A DNA stretch of 64,000 nucleotides from Sedimentisphaerales bacterium (GTDB lineage: Bacteria; Planctomycetota; Phycisphaerae; Sedimentisphaerales; SM23-30). Below are positions 63,409-64,000 of the stretch, piece by piece; the stretch's first letter is position 1, and each line of letters begins with the position of its first letter. Both the position numbers and the translations under genes were made by a program. The notes beneath the pieces are model-generated. The model saw nothing but the letters and a program-made list of their open reading frames with translations. It did not search any database and was not told the origin of the DNA. The DNA lies in NCBI GenBank assembly GCA_963663805.2, contig CAXXMR010000012.1, forward strand, positions 480,001 to 544,000. The letters are read 5' to 3'.

Positions 63409-63448
63409 ATTCATATGGATAGAGGAATATTTGTAAGGGTGCTGTACT

Positions 63449-63694
63449 ATGGACATAAAAAATACGAAATATCTGTTGTGTAATGACCATTTGATTGAAG
63501 CTGTCAATCTGGCAGAGAAATTGCTCGCTCTGGCTGACCGGGGAGATGAAAGCCGGGAGGACGTTGGTTGCGGCGTTCTTTACGGCATGATTCGGGACTG
63601 CGGCTACAAGCTGCGCTCGCTCGCGGAAGCAGAGATTGCCGAACATCAGCGTAGAGGAATCTGGTCTTCAGCCTTAGCGACTCATAAAGAATAG
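63449..63694 (+). CDS. Small Cys-containing helical hypothetical protein
   Basis: 81 aa, LADRGD...GCGVLYG..RD..YKL; directly downstream of the sigma54 promoter. Confidence 0.75.
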   Translation: MDIKNTKYLLCNDHLIEAVNLAEKLLALADRGDESREDVGCGVLYGMIRDCGYKLRSLAEAEIAEHQRRGIWSSALATHKE

Positions 63695-63788
63695 TTTGTC
63701 TGGCTGTGCCATTGAGATTACATTTACCATAACCGGACATGTACTGCCGGCTGGACAACATGGAACACAAAATTGCGGAGGTGCCCTG

Positions 63789-64000
63789 ATGTGGGACTAT
63801 ACCGATAAAGTAAAAGAACATTTCATGAATCCACGCAACGTGGGTATCGTTGAAAATCCCGACGGAGTGGGTGAAGTTGGCTCGCTAGCCTGCGGGGATG
63901 CCCTAAAACTCACCTTCAAACTGGATGACCAGAAGCGAATCGCGGAAGTAAAATTTCAGACATTCGGTTGCGGCAGTGCCATTGCCTCCTCCTCTGCCCT
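63789..64000 (+). CDS. nifU: Fe-S scaffold NifU/IscU, 5' part
   Basis: Manual translation [19 protein letters not shown]...GSLACGDAL...[23 protein letters not shown]. Confidence 0.93.
   Translation, partial: MWDYTDKVKEHFMNPRNVGIVENPDGVGEVGSLACGDALKLTFKLDDQKRIAEVKFQTFGCGSAIASSSA

Noticed and set aside
63260..63646. 128-aa minus-strand ORF
   Set aside because: Overlaps the real + strand gene and its promoter in antisense.

Overview
Origin-proximal core chromosome of a Planctomycetota-like anaerobe (taxon inferred from gene content, probably Phycisphaerae-like). Housekeeping genes include rho (partial), coaE, rne/rng, a transporter-less PTS cluster (hpf-EIIA-HPr-EI), lysS, gatB, rpmB, nadB, queG, gyrB, dciA, dnaN and partial nifU. 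parB has two perfect parS sites beside it but no parA, and a candidate oriC lies upstream of dnaN with no dnaA. Accessory content: an intact 1355-bp IS whose 7-bp target duplication is the fused stop codons of two convergent genes; an AT-rich ABC-ATPase plus TOPRIM-like (DUF4276-like) pair; a synonymously diverged gatB fragment bounding a small island; a dispersed composite repeat family including a ~145-bp inverted duplication 32.5 kb apart; an ECF/anti-sigma operon with a frameshifted low-complexity secreted protein; and divergent sigma54 promoters. The best leads for new biology are a three-gene operon (membrane-anchored HTH protein plus OmpA-domain lipoprotein; hypothesised DNA-envelope tether), the ATPase/TOPRIM pair with the gatB scar, and a ~40-kb mirror-image GC-skew domain. 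No rRNA, tRNA or CRISPR array was seen. All family calls are from motif recognition, not database searches.
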